From positions 32,691 to 96,690 of the forward strand of contig CAWFDJ010000027.1 in assembly GCA_963814495.1 (NCBI GenBank): a stretch of DNA of 64,000 nt, given 5' to 3'. Positions within the stretch are counted from its first letter, which is position 1. Each line of letters begins with the position of its first letter. This document shows positions 1-11,354 of the stretch, piece by piece. The notes below the pieces were generated by a model, which was not told the DNA's origin, searched no databases, and was given only the letters and a program-made list of their open reading frames with translations. The stretch is from an uncultured bacterium (GTDB lineage Bacteria; Actinomycetota; Geothermincolia; Geothermincolales; Geothermincolaceae). The translations under genes were made by a program, and so were the position numbers.

Positions 1-2986
1 ACCAAGGTGGGCAACCCCACGGGAGAGATAACCGTCTCTTTCCGGACCAGCCTCACCGGCCCCGACGTCGGCTCCTACGTCATCACCCCGGACGAGATCG
101 TGGAGACCATCGACCAGATCACCAAGGAACTCTCGGCCTCCTACCACCTGGACCTGGGGGTCACCGGTTACCTGGTGTTCAGCACCGTCAACCTGAGTTC
201 CTCCGATTATTACTACATCTACCAGGGCAGCAACCCCTACGGCGAGGGGCAGCAGTACCTCTGGAACGGGTCATCCTGGACGGGCTCGACCACCTACGAC
301 TTCTACTTCAAGACCAACCCCAACCCCTTCCCCCGTGACGACTACGGCCACGGCACCTCGGTGAGCGGGGTGGCCGCCGCCGAGAGCGACAACGCCCGGG
401 GTATCTCCGGGGTGACGCACGGCGCCAAGATCATGCCCCTGAAGGTCCTGAGCGCGGCCGGCTACGAGGCCGGGGCGTTCGACATCGCCGAGCTGGTCGA
501 GGGCATCTATTACGCGGCCGACAACGGGGCCAGGGTGGCCAGCATGAGCCTGGGGAGCCCCTTCTACTCCGAAGCGGAGCAGGACGCCGTCAACTACGCC
601 CACGCGCTGGGCATGGTGATGTGCGCGGCCGTCGGCAACGACGGGGCCGACTACACCATCTACCCGGCATGCCTCGACAACGTGGTCGGGTGCGGGGCGA
701 CCACCAACACCGACACCTGGGCGTCCTTCTCCAACTACCACCAGTGGGTGGACGCCAGCGCGCCGGGCAGGAACATCTACGTGACCACGTACGGGGGCTC
801 GGGCGGATACGCCTTCGGCTCGGGTACGTCCTACGCCACGCCCCACGTGGCCGGGCTGGCCTGCCTGGTCTTCTCCCTGCGGCCCGGCTACACGGCGGAA
901 CAGTGCGAACAGGCCATCTTCGACAATGCCGTAGACCTGGGCGACCCCGGCAGGGACGACTACTTCGGTTACGGCCGTATCGACGCCTACCAGACCCTGT
1001 TGAGCGTGAGCCACGACGGGACGCCCTTCACCATCACGGCGAGCGCGGGGGCAGGCGGGTCCATCTCGCCGGACGGGGATGTGACCGTGACCGCCGCTTC
1101 CGACCAGTCTTACGCCATAACCCCGGATGCCGGGTACCACGTGGCCGACGTGCTGGTGGACGGGGCTAGCGTGGGCCCCGTAAGGGAATACCAGTTCACC
1201 AACGTGCAGAAGGACCACGCCATCGAGGCCTCCTTCACCATCGACACCTTTGACATCACCGCGACGCGCCGGGACGGGCGGGAGCGTCTCGCCCGATGGG
1301 CGTGACCGTGAGTCGAGTACGGGGGTTTCGACCAGAGCTACGCCATCACCCCGGACACGGGCTGGCACGTGGCGGACGTCCTGGTGGACGGGGCCAGCGT
1401 GGGGGCGGTGACCTCCTACGACTTCACCGACGTGGACGGCTGACCACGCCATCGAGGCCTCCTTCGCCATCGACACCTTTGACATCACCGCGAGCGCCGG
1501 GACGGGCGGGAGCGTCTCGCCCGAGGGCGTGACCGTGGTCGAGTACGGGGGTTTGCAGTCCTACGCCATCACCCCGGACACGGGGTGGCACGTGGCGGAC
1601 GTCCTGGTGGACGGGGCCAGCGTGGGGGCGGTGACCTCCTACGACTTCACCGATGTGGCCGCCGACCACGCCATCGAGGCCTCCTTCGCCATCTCCTTCT
1701 ATTTCGCCGAGGGTTACACCGGGGAAGGCTTCCAGGAGTACCTGTGCCTGGGCCAGCAGGACGGCGAGCCCCTGCCGGTGCGAGTCACCTACCTCTTCGC
1801 GGGCGACGCGCCGGTGGAGAAGGTCTACGACGTCCCCGCCCGTTCCCGCCTCACGATAGACGTCAACTCCGAAGTGGGGGCCGGCCGGGAGGTCTCCATC
1901 AGGTGCGAGGCGAACCGCTCCTTCGTAGCCGAGCGCCCCATGTACTTCGATTTCAAGGACGGCTGGACCGGCGGCCACGATTCGGTGGGCGCCAACCTGC
2001 CCTCGAACACCTGGTACTTCGCCGAAGGGTACACCGGCCCCGGTTTCGAGGAGTGGGTCTGCGTGCTCAACGACGGGGAAATCCCGGCTGACCTGACATT
2101 CCGTTTCCAGACCCAGGAGGCGGGGGAGCTGGCGAAGGAAGGCCTGGCCGTCCCCGCCCACTCACGCCGCAGCTTCAACGTCAACGAGATGCTGGGCGGC
2201 GAATACCAGAACTCGCTGAAGATCGAGTCGACCCTGCCGGTGGTGGCCGAGCGCCCCATGTACTTCGAGTACCAGGGCATGGAGTCCCGGGGCTGGACCG
2301 GCGGGCACTGCGTCATGGGCGCCCCTTCCCTCTCCTGTGATTACTATTTCGCCGAGGGCACCACCCGCGCCGGTTTCGAGGAGTGGCTGACCATCCAGAA
2401 CCCCGACAGCCAGCCCATCTCAGTGAGCGCAACCTATCTCATGGGGGACGGCGGCGTGGTGGAAAAGGAGTACGTCGTAGGCGCTGGCAGGCGCCACACC
2501 GTGTTCGTCCCCGATGAGACGGGTATGGAACAGGACGTCTCTGTCCACCTCTCGTCCACCGCCGGCTTCCTGGCCGAGCGCCCCATGTACTTCGAGTACC
2601 AGGGCATGGAGTCCTGGGGCTGGACCGGCGGCCACTGCGTCATCGGAGCCACCGGCAGCGCCGGCGGCTGGTTCTTCGCCGAGGGATACACCGGCGCCGG
2701 CTTCGAGGAGTGGCTGTGCATCCAGAACCCCGGCGACTTTGAGGCTGTGGTGACCGTCACCTACTACCCGGAAGGGGGCGCTGCTCCCTTCGACACCTCG
2801 CACCGGGTGGCGGCACACTCCCGCTACACCGTCATGGTCAACGGAGACGCCGGGCCGGACCGGGCCATGTCCGCCATGGTCACGTCCGACCATCCCGTCA
2901 TCGTCGAACGCCCCATGTACTTCGTCTACAACGGCGAGTGGGACGGCGGCCACGACGTGATGGGCCGGCCGTGCGCAAGCCCCTGA
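1..2986 (+). CDS. Secreted S8 (subtilisin-family) protease with InlB-B-like repeats and a C-terminal DUF5719-like repeat module; 5' partial, broken by indels at ~1260-1445
   Basis: DDYGHGTSVSG (His), AVGND and GSGTSYATPHVAG (Ser) motifs. TITASAG.GGSISP..YAITPD.GYHVADVLVDG repeats. ORF 1529..2986 carries four FAEG.T/AERPMYF units. Confidence 0.85.
1240..1690 (+). repeat. Tandem near-identical repeat encoding InlB-B-like domains (229 bp + 222 bp)
   Basis: atcgacacctttgacatcaccgcga...cacgccatcgaggcctccttcgcc occurs twice. The first copy has 7 extra bases, which explains the frame change between ORFs 7..1305 and 1529..2986. Confidence 0.9.
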
Positions 2987-3020
2987 TCATCTGAGCGGCC
3001 GGCCCTGGCTGGCGGCAGGT

Positions 3021-4372
3021 CTACTTGCGGAGGTCGTCGGAGTAGAGCCGGGCGTGGCCGGGGCCGGCGGCCTGGGCGGCCTCCAGCGCCAGCACCGACC
3101 GCTGCAGCAGGGCGTTCTCGTTGTCCGCGTTGGCGGGGAAGGAGGAGACGCCGATGCACGCGGTGAGCTGCTCCACCTCCTTCTTGTCCTGGGAGGGGAA
3201 GGGGTACTCCGCGATGGTCTCGCAGAGCCGCTCCGCCAGGCGCATGGCCCCCAGGCGGCGCGTCTCCGGCAGCAGGACGGCGAAGCGGTTGTCCCCGTAG
3301 CGGGCGGGCACGTCCACCTCCCGCGTGCTCTTGATGATGATGTTCCCGATGTCGGAGAGGATGAAGTCGGCCATGATGCGGCCGTTGCGCCGGGCGTACT
3401 CCTCCAGGTCGTCCATCTCCAGGACCAGCAGGCAGACGTTGAGGCTGTAACGGCGGGCCCGGTTGACCTCGTCCACCAGGCGGGAGTGGAAGAAGTGCTG
3501 GTTGTAGAGGCCGCTGGCGCTGTCCCGCATGGTGTTGGTCTCCAGCTCGCTGTAGAGGTTGGATATCTGCAGGGCCAGCGAGGCGTGGGCGGCGGCCACC
3601 GTCAGCATCCCCAGGTGATAGGCCTGGAAATCCTCGTCCCGGCTTCGCCCCGCCAGCAGGACCCCGGCCGAACGCCCGCTCACCCGCAGGGGCACCGCCA
3701 TCAGGCAGACGGCCCCGGCCTCGCGCAGGAACTCGTCGGAGGCCAGGTCCTCGGGGGCCAGCCCCATCAGCAGGCTCCTGTCCATCTCCATCACCACTTC
3801 GATGACGGAGCCCTCGATGCGGATGGTCTTGTTCAGGAAGCGGGAGGCCTGGTCGCCCAGGGCCACCGCCAGGTCCAGTTCCCCCGCCAGCTCCCCGGGC
3901 AGCAGGACGAACCCGAGGTCGGCCTCGCAGAGGGTCATGGCATGCTCGAGTATCTCGTTCAGCTTGGGCAGGGGGTCGGTGTAGGCGTCGACCACCTGCA
4001 CGCTCTCGCAGAAGGTGCCGATGTCCTGAGCACCCCGGGCAGTTGCTCGACGCCGACTCCCCGCGCCGCGGCCAGGCAGGTGAAGAGATCGCCCTCCGGG
4101 CTGCCCTCGCCGATGTCGATGATCTTGCCGCGGTAGTCGGTGCCGGCGCGCGCGCCCACCCCGCGGGTGCTGAAGAGGATGTCCGGCTCCCGGTCCTTGA
4201 GCAGGGCGGCGACGTCCGGGAATACCATGGGGAACTCATAACCGTCGGGCCACTCCTCCGGCACCGGGCCTGTCCAGCCGATGACCTCGACGCCGTCCCC
4301 GATGTCCTTGAAGAAGCAGTAGACCTTCAATGCCGTGTCGTTGTTTCCGTCGATAGCGACGAGTACGGGCAA
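3021..4372 (-). CDS. GAF + degenerate GGDEF domain protein (frameshift ~3990-4030)
   Basis: RDSASGLYNQHFF, VNRARRY, LLVLEMDDL and REVDVPARYGDNRFAVLLPET. GAF-like MAVPLRVSGRSAGVL. N-terminal part is in ORF 3959..4372. Confidence 0.8.
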
Positions 4373-4532
4373 GTCCTTCGCACCTCCTGATTTTTACTCC
4401 GTAAAGATTATTGTAAACGTAAAGGAAACACTTGAACAGCCATCTGAACCTTTGGTAAACTTGTCGAATAAGGGTTCAAGGGCTGGGCCAGCAAAAATCC
4501 GTGCAGTGAATCGCCGGCGACAGGGGGGTGCG

Positions 4533-7409
4533 ATGAAGAGCAGGGTTTTTTCCATTGTCTCCGTTCTATTGGCTTGTCTGCTGCTGTGTTTTCCCTTGTG
4601 CTCCAACGTCCTGGCGTCCGGCACCGCGGGCGCGGCGGCGGTCAGCTCCGCGAAACTGCCCCAGGACATCTACACGGCCCGCACCTACGACGGGGTGGAC
4701 CTGAAGATGTGGCGGTTCCGCCCCACCACCGCGAGCGCCGTTGCGGGAGGGGGCCCAGCCCGTCATCCTCATGCCCGGGATGGCCTGCAACTTCGACTTC
4801 TTCGACACCCATACCCCGGACGGGGTGACCTACGACGAGCAGCTCCCGGCCGACCTGGCCGGCTGGGCCGAGGGGGACACCTACCTGTCGGACGCCGACC
4901 CCATGCGCTACTACAGCCTCGCCTACTACCTGTGGACATCCGGCTACGACGTGTGGATGGCCAACTACCGCGGCCAGGGCCGGGACGAGGTCCGCAGCGG
5001 CGGCGCGACCGGGTACGCCATCGACGAGCTGGGCATCTACGACATGCCGGCCATCATCAGCAAGGTGCGCGAGGTCACCGGGCAGAAGCCGGTGTGGATC
5101 GGGCACAGCATGGGCGGCGTCATGGCCAACATGTACCTGGAGGGCTGCCGGTTCGCGAACATGGACGACGCCGACTCGAGCGTCGTCTCCGACCCCGCGC
5201 TGGCGGCGGAGCGGAACGATGGTGATGGGCCGCAGGCCCTCAAGGCGTATATCCCGGTGGACGGTCCGTCCTATCCCTGCGGCGACATCCCCTGGCTCAT
5301 CGCGAAGTTGCTGTACGTGGCCCTGTACGTTCCCTGGAACCTGGACATCAGGCCCATCACCGCCAACCTGGGGGGGCTGGTCGCCTCGCCCGTCCTGGCC
5401 CTTGAAGAGATCTTCCGCCAGGTGTGGGCGGGCTTCGGCTACCCCGACCTGTTCCTGCCCCTCAACTTCCTGCCCTGTTTCGTCCCGGGCAACCTGGACG
5501 CCAACCTCGCGTCCTATTTCATCACCTACGGGGCGGACGGGTTCAGCTCGCGGGCGGTGGTCCAGTTCCTGGACGCGTGCGACAACGGAAAGATGCGGGA
5601 GGACTACCGCAACGGCACCTTCAACTGGTGGCGCCTGTTCCCGCCCGAGCCCGCCGCGGGCGACGGTTACTACTATTACTCGGACCACCTGGACGCGATC
5701 AGCCTGCCCACCTTCGTCCTCATCGACGCCACCCGGGACATCACCAACCCCGAGGACGTCAAGGCCGTCTACGACCTGAAGACCCGTAACGCGCACGACG
5801 ACTACTACGTCGTGCCCAACTCCGCCCACGCCGACATCGTCATGGGGTTCAGCGCGCCTTCCGACATGTTCCCCCGCATCGGCGCCTGGCTCAAGTCGCT
5901 GGAGGCCACCACCGTCACCCCCACCTCCGCGGCGCCCGGCGAGGTCGTGACCATCTCGGGTGCGAGCTTCGGGAGTTCCGGGTCGGTTGACTTCGGGGGG
6001 ACGCGGGCGGACGTGGCCTCCTGGAGCGATACCGAGATAACCGCGGTGGTACCCGCGGGCGCCTGCTACGGCAAGGTCAGCGTGACCAACCCCGGCGGCA
6101 CCGTCACCTCGGCCGAGGAGTTCATGCCGGCCGCCTCGGAGTTCTACTTCGCCGAGGGCTACACGGGTGAGGGCTCCTTCCAGGAGTACCTGTGCCTGGG
6201 CAACCTGGAGGCGCAGGGACGCCCACGCCCGGGTCACCTACATGCTCGGCTGACGGGTCCACCCTGGAGCAGGAGGTGACCGTGCCGGCCTCAGGGAGGG
6301 CCACCTTGGACGTCAACGCGGCGGTGGGACCGGACCGCGACGTCTCGGCCCTGGTCACCGCCGACCGCTCCATCGTGGCCGAGCGCCCCATGTACTTCGA
6401 CTACGGGGGGTGGACCGGCGGGTCCGACGTGGTGGGAGCCCCCGCCCCTGCAACGTCCTGGTACTTCGCCGAGGGCTACACGGGTGAGGGCTTCGACGAG
6501 TACGTCTGCGTCTTGAACCCGGGGGACACCCGGAGCGATCTCACCTTCCGCTTCCAGACCGAAGAAGCGGGAGAGGTGGTGCGCTCCGGTTACTCGGTGG
6601 GTGCGCACGCCCGCGCCACCTTCTTGGTCAACGACCTCTTAGGCCCCGGCTACCAGGCCTCGCTCGAGCTCACGGCGACCTCACCGGTGGTGGCCGAGCG
6701 CTCCATGTACTTTGACTACCAGGGCGCCTGGACCGGGGGGTCCTGCGTGATGGGGGCCACCTCGCTCGCGCAGGAATACTACTTCGCTGAAGGCACCACC
6801 CGGTCGGGCTTCCACGAGTGGCTGACCCTTGCCAACCCGGGAGCTTCCCCCATCACCGTGGCCGCCACCTACCAGCCGGGCTCGGGCCAGGGATCACCCG
6901 TCTACCGCACCTACACCGTCGGGGCGGGCAAGCGTTCCACCGTCTTTGTGGCCGACGAGGTGGGCACCGGCAGAGACGTCTCCGTCGAGCTCGCCGCCAA
7001 CGCGCCCTTCCTGGCCGAGCGCCCCATGTACTTCGACTACGGGGGCTTGACCGGCGGCCACTGCGTCATCGGGGCTTCCGCTCCGGCGGGCGAATGGTTC
7101 TTCGCAGAGGGCTGCACCGGGGCTGGCTTTTCCGAGTGGCTGTGCCTGCAGAACCCCGGGGCGGGCGACGCGATGGTGGAGCTGACCTACCTGACCCAGG
7201 AGGCCGGGGCCCTGCCGGCGCGCACGGTCACCGTCCCCGCCGGCTCCCGGGTGACCGTAAACGTGAACTCAGACGCCGGGGAGGGCTGGCAGCTGTCGGC
7301 CCGCCTTGAGGTGGTCTCGGGGCCCGCGGTGGTGGTGGAGCGCCCCATGGTCTTCAACTACGGCGGGGCCTGGAGCGGCGGCTCCTGCGTGGTGGGGTAC
7401 GCGCCTTGA
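4533..7409 (+). CDS. Secreted alpha/beta-hydrolase with an IPT/TIG domain and DUF5719-like repeat module (frameshifts ~4740 and ~6230)
   Basis: Signal peptide MKSRVFSIVSVLLACLLLC, nucleophile motif WIGHSMGG, VPNSAHAD, TIG-like PGEVVTISGASFG..SWSDTEI, then four FAEG/AERPMYF units. Confidence 0.8.
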
Positions 7410-7569
7410 AACATTCAAGGTTTGGGCCCGGGCGCCGAGGGAGGGGGAGCAGGAAGGCACGCGAGGCGATGGCAGGCGCCGAGGCGAAGCGCGCAGAGCG
7501 TGGCCCCAACCTTGAAGGGTACACACCCTGACCTGCGGTGCCTTCCAGGAGCCCAGGCTTGAATATAAA

Positions 7570-7637
7570 CGGGGAGAAAGGTGCGTCGTACAAACCTTCG
7601 ATTCCGATCGGGTTTGGTAGACGTACCTTTCTCCCCG
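7570..7637. terminator. Long inverted repeat between convergent genes; probable bidirectional terminator
   Basis: CGGGGAGAAAGGTGCGTC ... GACGTACCTTTCTCCCCG forms an 18-bp stem with one G-T pair, with further internal pairing. Confidence 0.6.
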
Positions 7638-7647
7638 AATTAAAGGA

Positions 7648-8949
7648 CTAGACCTTGGTCTCCTGGAAGGCTCCCGTCCAGATACCCATGGCCACGGCCA
7701 GCTCCTGGTGGTCCTGGGCGTACTGCTCCAGCGGGATGCCCTGCATGGTGGCGTCGATGGCCTGCCGGAAGCCCCTGGCGCCCGCCGCCGGCCCCATGGG
7801 GTGGGCGTGCACGCCGCCGCCCGAGCCGATCATGATGTCCGGCCCCAGGTCGGCCACGCACTGGGGCACCATCAGCGGGGTGATGCCGCCCGAGGGCATG
7901 GGCATGGTGGGCTTGAGGTCGTGCATGGGGTAGGTCATGGCGTCGGCGCACGGCAGGAAGCGGTCCTTGAGGAAGGGGGCCTTGCCGTAGGGGGCGGGGA
8001 AGACCACCACGTCCGCGCCGGCCAGGCGGGGCAGTTTGCCCAGCACCAGGTGGGAGGACATCCCCGAGTAGTGCGACTCGTAGAGGGCGCCGGCGCAGTC
8101 CATGTGGGCGAGGATGGGCACGTTGACCTGGTCGTCCTCGGCCAGCGCCTGCATGGCCGAAAGGCCCACCGCGATGTAGTTGACCATGATGGCGTTGGCC
8201 CCGGCGTCCACGGCGCGCCGGGCCGTCTCGAACATCTTGGGCAGGTTGTCGGAGACGTTCACCGTGTACAGGGTGCGCTCGCCCGTCTCCTCGTACACCC
8301 GCTTCTCCAGCGCCATGTACGCCTTGACCCGGTCCTCCACCCGGTTGAACTGCATGTCCGCGATGAGCTCGTCGTCCTTGACCACGTCGCACCCGCCGCG
8401 GGCCGCCTCGTAGAAGAGGTCGGCGCCGATCTGGCAGGGATAGCCGGTGCAGGGCTTGGTCATGTTGTTGAGCAGGGGGCGGCCCTCCACTCCCAGCGCC
8501 TTGTAGACGCCCTCGATGCCGAACTTCGGGCCGACGAAGCCGTCTGTGAAGACCTTGGGGAGGTAGATGTCCAGCAGCTTGATCTTCCCGCCCATGGAGA
8601 TGTTGCCCAGCACCGCGGTGAGCAGCATGGGTATCTGGTTCTCGATGTTGCGGAAGGGGAAGGCGATCTGGATGACGTAGCTGCGCTCGTCCACTTCCTT
8701 GGGCACCTCGAACTCGTACTGGGGCACCTCGTAGATGCCGATGACCTTGGCCACGTGCTTGGCCCGCACCTCGGGGGTCTCGCCCGGCACCGGGGTCCAG
8801 GTGCCGGTGGACTGCTCCACCGCCAGGAAGGGCCCGATGAAATAGGCCATCATGTCGCGGGGCATGGCCCCGTAGTAGGTGGCCACGATGTGGTCCCCGT
8901 AGTCGATGCCCTCGGGCAGGGCCCGCGGTTCCGCCGCGAAATTCTTCAT
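7648..8949 (-). CDS. RuBisCO-like protein (form IV RLP)
   Basis: EQSTGTW, NMTKPCTG, GCDVVKDDE, PSGG and GSGGGVHAHPMG motifs. AAGGAGG RBS precedes the ATG at 8949. Confidence 0.9.
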   Translation of the reverse strand: MKNFAAEPRALPEGIDYGDHIVATYYGAMPRDMMAYFIGPFLAVEQSTGTWTPVPGETPEVRAKHVAKVIGIYEVPQYEFEVPKEVDERSYVIQIAFPFRNIENQIPMLLTAVLGNISMGGKIKLLDIYLPKVFTDGFVGPKFGIEGVYKALGVEGRPLLNNMTKPCTGYPCQIGADLFYEAARGGCDVVKDDELIADMQFNRVEDRVKAYMALEKRVYEETGERTLYTVNVSDNLPKMFETARRAVDAGANAIMVNYIAVGLSAMQALAEDDQVNVPILAHMDCAGALYESHYSGMSSHLVLGKLPRLAGADVVVFPAPYGKAPFLKDRFLPCADAMTYPMHDLKPTMPMPSGGITPLMVPQCVADLGPDIMIGSGGGVHAHPMGPAAGARGFRQAIDATMQGIPLEQYAQDHQELAVAMGIWTGAFQETKV

Positions 8950-8978
8950 CTCACATACCTCCTTGGTCCTTCGGCCGT

Positions 8979-10514
8979 TCAAGCCGGCTCGTTCAACTTC
9001 CTATATACACCGGAGAGCTTCCGGTAGATCTTCTTGAAGGCGTCGAAGAGCTCGTCGTAGGTCTGCCGGTTGCCCCGGTCGGGCTCGTAGGTGCGGCGCA
9101 CCTTGACCACCTGCTTCAGCTCCTTGTAATCCTGGTAGATGTTGAGGGCCACCGCCACCGCCAGGGCGCAGCCCACCGCCCCGGCTTCCTGGGCGTCCTC
9201 CACCGCTTCGATGCGGTGGCCGGTGACGTCGGCGAAGATCTGCATCCAGATGTCCGAGCGCGCCCCGCCGCCGATGGTGCGCACCGTGGGACAGGGATAG
9301 CCCGCGCCGCCCACCGCCTCCAGCAGCCAGCGGCAGTTCATGGCCACCCCCTCGTAGACGGCGCGCAGCATGTCCTCGCGGGTGTGCTCCAGGCTGACGT
9401 TGAGGAAGGCGCCGCGCAGGGTGGTGTCGGTCACCGGCGAGCGCTCCCCGAACATCCACGGGGTGAAGATGAGCTTGCGCGACCCCGCCGGCACGTCCGC
9501 TATGGCCTTGTCGAGCACGGCGAAGATCTCCATGTCCTTGCCGGCCTGGTCCCATTCCTCCTTGCGGCCCAGTTGCTCGGCGAACCACTTGAGGCAGGCG
9601 CCGGCCGTCTCCGTCTCCCCGATCATCAGGAAGGAGTTGGGGTCGGCCGAGGCGATGGCGGCGATGCCGTACTTGCTCAAGCTCTTGGGCTTGGCCACGC
9701 TGATGCACAGCCATCCCGAGGTGCCGATGTAGATGTGGGCGTCCCCCTCGCCCAGGGCACCCGAGCCGGTGGCGGCGGCGGGCACGTCGCCCATGCCCCC
9801 GATGACCGGGAGCCCCGGGCGCAGGCCCATCCGCTTCGCCGCGTCGTCGTTGAGTACTCCCACCACTTCCACCGACTTCTTCACCGGCGGCAGCTTGTCC
9901 AGCGGGATGCGCAGCAGCTTCGAGAAGAGGGGCGACCAGTCGCGGGTCTTGTTGTCCAGCAGGCCGGTGGCGGCGGCGTTGCTCTGGTCGATGATGTAGT
10001 TGCCGGTGGAGCGGTAGACCAGGTAGCCGTTGACGTCCAGGATGACCTTGGCGCGCTGGTAGATCTGCGGCTCCTCCTCGCGCAGCCACATGTGCTTGCA
10101 GATGACGTCCTTGCCCGAGGGCACCGCCCCGGCCACCTTGGCCACGATGGTCTCCCCACCCATCCGCTTGACCAGGCGGCAGGCCTGCTCGTCGGCGCGC
10201 GAGTCGATCCAGATGATGGCCGGGCACAGGGGCAGGCCGGCGTCGTCCATGGGCAGCACCCCCAGCATCTGGGTGGCGTAGCCGATGCCCAGGACCTCGT
10301 CGGGGTCGGTGCCGGTCTCCTCCATGAGCTTGCGGGTGGACTCGGTCACCGCCTTCCACCAGTCCTCCGGGTCCTGCTCCGCCCAGGCCGGCCGGCAGTA
10401 GTCGGTACAGTAGGGCTCGAAGCGGTAGGAGATGATCTTCCCCTCCAGGTCGGTGAGGACGGCCTTGCTGCCCCCCGTCCCCACGTCGTGGCTGATGATG
10501 TACTTACCTCCCAT
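8979..10514 (-). CDS. FGGY-family carbohydrate kinase (xylulokinase-like)
   Basis: HDVGTGGSKA, EQDPEDWW, WIDSRA, GGMGD, IGTSGW, PWMFGERSP, RAVYEGVA and GGGARS motifs. Confidence 0.92.
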   Translation of the reverse strand: MGGKYIISHDVGTGGSKAVLTDLEGKIISYRFEPYCTDYCRPAWAEQDPEDWWKAVTESTRKLMEETGTDPDEVLGIGYATQMLGVLPMDDAGLPLCPAIIWIDSRADEQACRLVKRMGGETIVAKVAGAVPSGKDVICKHMWLREEEPQIYQRAKVILDVNGYLVYRSTGNYIIDQSNAAATGLLDNKTRDWSPLFSKLLRIPLDKLPPVKKSVEVVGVLNDDAAKRMGLRPGLPVIGGMGDVPAAATGSGALGEGDAHIYIGTSGWLCISVAKPKSLSKYGIAAIASADPNSFLMIGETETAGACLKWFAEQLGRKEEWDQAGKDMEIFAVLDKAIADVPAGSRKLIFTPWMFGERSPVTDTTLRGAFLNVSLEHTREDMLRAVYEGVAMNCRWLLEAVGGAGYPCPTVRTIGGGARSDIWMQIFADVTGHRIEAVEDAQEAGAVGCALAVAVALNIYQDYKELKQVVKVRRTYEPDRGNRQTYDELFDAFKKIYRKLSGVYRKLNEPA

Positions 10515-10517
10515 GCA

Positions 10518-11162
10518 TTACCCCCTCATCCCCTTGTTCGACGCCAGCAGGAATTTCAGGCTTATCTCCATGCCCCGGCCCAGGTCGAAGGAGTCGGGGT
10601 CCTCCAGCCACTGGATCTCCATGCCTTCCACCAGCCCCAGCAGGATGCAGGCCAGGTAGTAGGGGTCGACCGGCGGCAGCGCCTCCTCCTCGATGCCCTG
10701 GCGGGCGATCTTCTCCAGCTCGGCCTTGGTGCGCTCGACGTAGCCGTGCAGGGACTCCACGTTTTCGTCGGAAAAGGTCTCCTGTTCCTCGGCCCGCATC
10801 TTCCAGGACAGCTTGCAGTAGTCGCGGTCGCGGTAGTACAGCTCGACCATCTCGCCGCCCATCCACATGATCTTCTCCAGCGCCGTGCCCTCCCGGCGGG
10901 CGGCTTCCTCCACCAGGCGGAGTATCTCCTCGTGCATCTGCTGGATGAGGGAGAAGTACAGCTCTTCCTTGGATTTCCAGTACCAGTAGAGGGTGCCCTT
11001 GCCGTAGCCCGCCTCCATGGCTATCTCGGCCATGGTGGCCTTGTGGAAGCCCTTGGTCGAGAAGACCTTGAGCGCCGCCTGCTTGAACTCCCCTTCTCGC
11101 TGGTCCTTCACGGGGTTGTTCCTGATACCCAGGGACTTGGCCACTAGCTGCTCCTTCGGCAT
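10518..11162 (-). CDS. TetR/AcrR-family transcriptional regulator
   Basis: AALKVFSTKGFHKATMAEIAMEAGYGKGTLYWYWKSKEEL helix-turn-helix. Confidence 0.92.
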   Translation of the reverse strand: MPKEQLVAKSLGIRNNPVKDQREGEFKQAALKVFSTKGFHKATMAEIAMEAGYGKGTLYWYWKSKEELYFSLIQQMHEEILRLVEEAARREGTALEKIMWMGGEMVELYYRDRDYCKLSWKMRAEEQETFSDENVESLHGYVERTKAELEKIARQGIEEEALPPVDPYYLACILLGLVEGMEIQWLEDPDSFDLGRGMEISLKFLLASNKGMRG

Positions 11163-11183
11163 TAGACCAACCGGTCGGTCTAA
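11162..11183. promoter_or_regulatory. 22-bp palindrome; probable TetR operator
   Basis: TTAGACCAACCGGTCGGTCTAA (one mismatched pair) lies between the -10 box and the tetR ATG. Confidence 0.75.
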
Positions 11184-11211
11184 GCATATCGCAGCCCCCC
11201 TACCCTGTCAA
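11183..11211 (-). promoter_or_regulatory. Sigma70-type promoter of the tetR-FGGY-RLP operon
   Basis: Minus strand TTGACA (11211-11206), 17-bp spacer, TATGCT (11188-11183). Confidence 0.75.
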
Positions 11212-11217
11212 CAGCTC

Positions 11218-11282
11218 AATTTGGGGTCAGACCCCAAATTGTACTATCGACAGTATCAGAATTTGGGGTCTGACCCCAATTT
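11218..11282. repeat. Pair of inverted GGGGTCWGACCCC palindromes (REP/REPIN-like)
   Basis: AATTTGGGGTCAGACCCCAAATT (11218-11240) and AATTTGGGGTCTGACCCCAATTT (11260-11282). Confidence 0.7.
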
Positions 11283-11354
11283 CGGTGGGGTGCGTCATAA
11301 AGGTTTGACAGGTGTTTGGCCGAATAATTATCGTGGAGCGGAAAGGAGCGCCGC

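Noticed and set aside
7648-8949. CO2-fixing RuBisCO / Calvin cycle
   Set aside because: The K177 and R295 equivalents are substituted, and there is no small subunit or phosphoribulokinase. It is a form IV RLP.
11305-11330. Sigma70 promoter for the SCP2 gene
   Set aside because: TTGACA is present but the candidate -10 boxes are only 12-14 bp away, so it is not reported as a feature.
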